Shown here piece after piece: positions 62,309 through 64,000 of a stretch of DNA of 64,000 nt (positions within the stretch are counted from its first letter, which is position 1; each line of letters starts with the position of its first letter). The notes under the pieces were generated by a model, which was not told where the DNA came from, did no database searches, and saw nothing but the letters and a program-made list of their open reading frames with translations. The position numbers were made by a program, and so were the translations under genes. Source of the DNA: Octopus sinensis (lineage: Eukaryota); NCBI RefSeq assembly GCF_006345805.1, contig NC_042999.1:151280001-151344000 (forward strand), read 5' to 3'.

Positions 62309-64000
62309 CGCAAATTAAATGCTGGATTCAATTTCTTCAAAGTAATGGTTCGGGACTACTTAATAACAAAACGGTGTAGGATTAGATGATGTTGGTAATT
62401 TGATTGCAGATTCGACTGTTAATTTTGATCGGTGGTTTGATTACTGAGTTGAGAATTTGAATAATTTAGAAACCGGAAGGGGCTGAATTAGAGTGCTAAA
62501 TATTAAGTTCGCATTCTGTAGAAACAAATCACCACTATGAGCACAGCCTATTATTGCATGCAATAAGCTCCTTCCTTTACCAGCCTTCCCAATAGCCTAT
62601 GCAATCATCTGCAAACGTCCAGACACATTCAAAGCACTCACTGAAAAACATTACAACACCATTCCAAGAATTCTATTTCTCGCACTCTGTTCCCACAAAC
62701 ATAAAAATTTATACAGGCATTAAAATAACTTCTGTTAGTCGATGACCTAAAGAGGAACTGTGTGCACGGTCACCCTTCTCGTTGGAAATGAACGCTGAAT
62801 GTTCCTCTAATAACAAACTACTTCTTAAAAAGGATGTGTTGATTGATGTGGCCATGACTTCATTGTGCTCAGCCATGGAGCCATTGTATTCACGATGAAG
62901 AGGTAATGGTCACAGCACTAAGGGATTTTATTTTTTTACGTGGCTTGGTCGGAAAAGGAAATGTCAGAACTCATGAGCCATCTCTGGGCCTCCAAGACTG
63001 ACAGGAGGGAGAAAAGTTGTCCTTAAAAAGGAGACCTGGCCCAAATGCTGGGAACAGAGTGATCCTCGCTAAAAGTACCCAAGGACACGTAAAGCGGGAG
63101 TGGAAACAGAATAAGGCGGTGGTTTACATCTATTGTTCAAGGAAAGGAACGGTTTCCACGCAGTTTCCATCAACCAAATTCCGCTCTTTGGTTGACTCGA
63201 TACTACGCTATAAGACACTCAACTAGAGAGTAACATAATGGGATAGGATCCCCACCAAATCAACATAACTGTGAATCAGGCGTATTAATCACTCAGCCAT
63301 GCAAACACCTTGGTCTGCTCAATCAAGATTGATTTAAAATAAAGACAAAACAGCAACAACTAAATTATGTGTGTGCGCACGCGTGCGCGCGCACGTGCAC
63401 GCACGATGAAGAAAATAAACTAAGGGGAATAACTCGAAGTGGCCAGTGTCATGCATTTCAACAACAATGATAGATAATGGTATATTAAATACCATACAAG
63501 ATATATTCTTCGTGTATTGAAATTATCTCAGATCCAAGTGATGGAAGAACAATCGCTTGATGGCAGTTTGGACCAATTCTAAACGAGAAGTGAAATAACC
63601 TCAAGAACCAAGTATTCTCCAAAATTGAAATGCCATTAAGGAAATTGTTTGGAGACAAGAGGACAGCTGTGGAAACGTGTTTCTGTTTCTACGGGCGTCG
63701 TCAGTACAGTTGTTGCCCTGCCTTGTCTCCAGCAGAACGAGATACTTAAAGATATACAAAAAATAGTAGAACAGTGTTAAGTCTAGATAACGAAACATTA
63801 TGTAAATGAAATAACTCAGAGTGAACTGTAGCATATATTTTAACACGAAATGTATATAAAAATATATTAAATACTATACGAGACAAATTTATTGATTTAT
63901 TAAAATTATTTCCATTTCCAGGGATAGTATAACAATCGCTTGGTGGCAACTGAAATCAACACTAAATGAGGGAGAAAGATAGCCTCAAGAACCAAGAATT

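Overview
AT-rich eukaryotic non-genic DNA made almost entirely of microsatellites and nested transposable elements. The tRNA-derived SINE families and repeat landscape look like an octopus (cephalopod) genome; this is my recognition, not a database result. No host gene can be firmly supported, and most short ORFs in the track are translated microsatellites. Recognisable elements: a 5'-truncated CR1-group LINE with an uninterrupted 672-codon RT ORF (11.4-13.6 kb), a decayed RTE LINE, R4/Dong fragments including an internally deleted copy with both ends, Tx1 and Vingi remnants, a GC-rich Tc1 DD34E transposon with TIRs, Helitron/HINE elements, MITEs, Penelope-like (PLE) GIY-YIG and RT remnants, and four SINE families. 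The main signal is a dense set of minimal type I hammerhead ribozyme (HHR) motifs from several PLE-type families. These include variant cores (CUGUUGA, CCGACGA), a tRNA-headed HHR element, an inverted pair of canonical HHRs, and fold-back palindromes whose turning points map to the predicted HHR cleavage site or the stem II apex. All folds were done by eye. Repeat boundaries are approximate unless termini are quoted.
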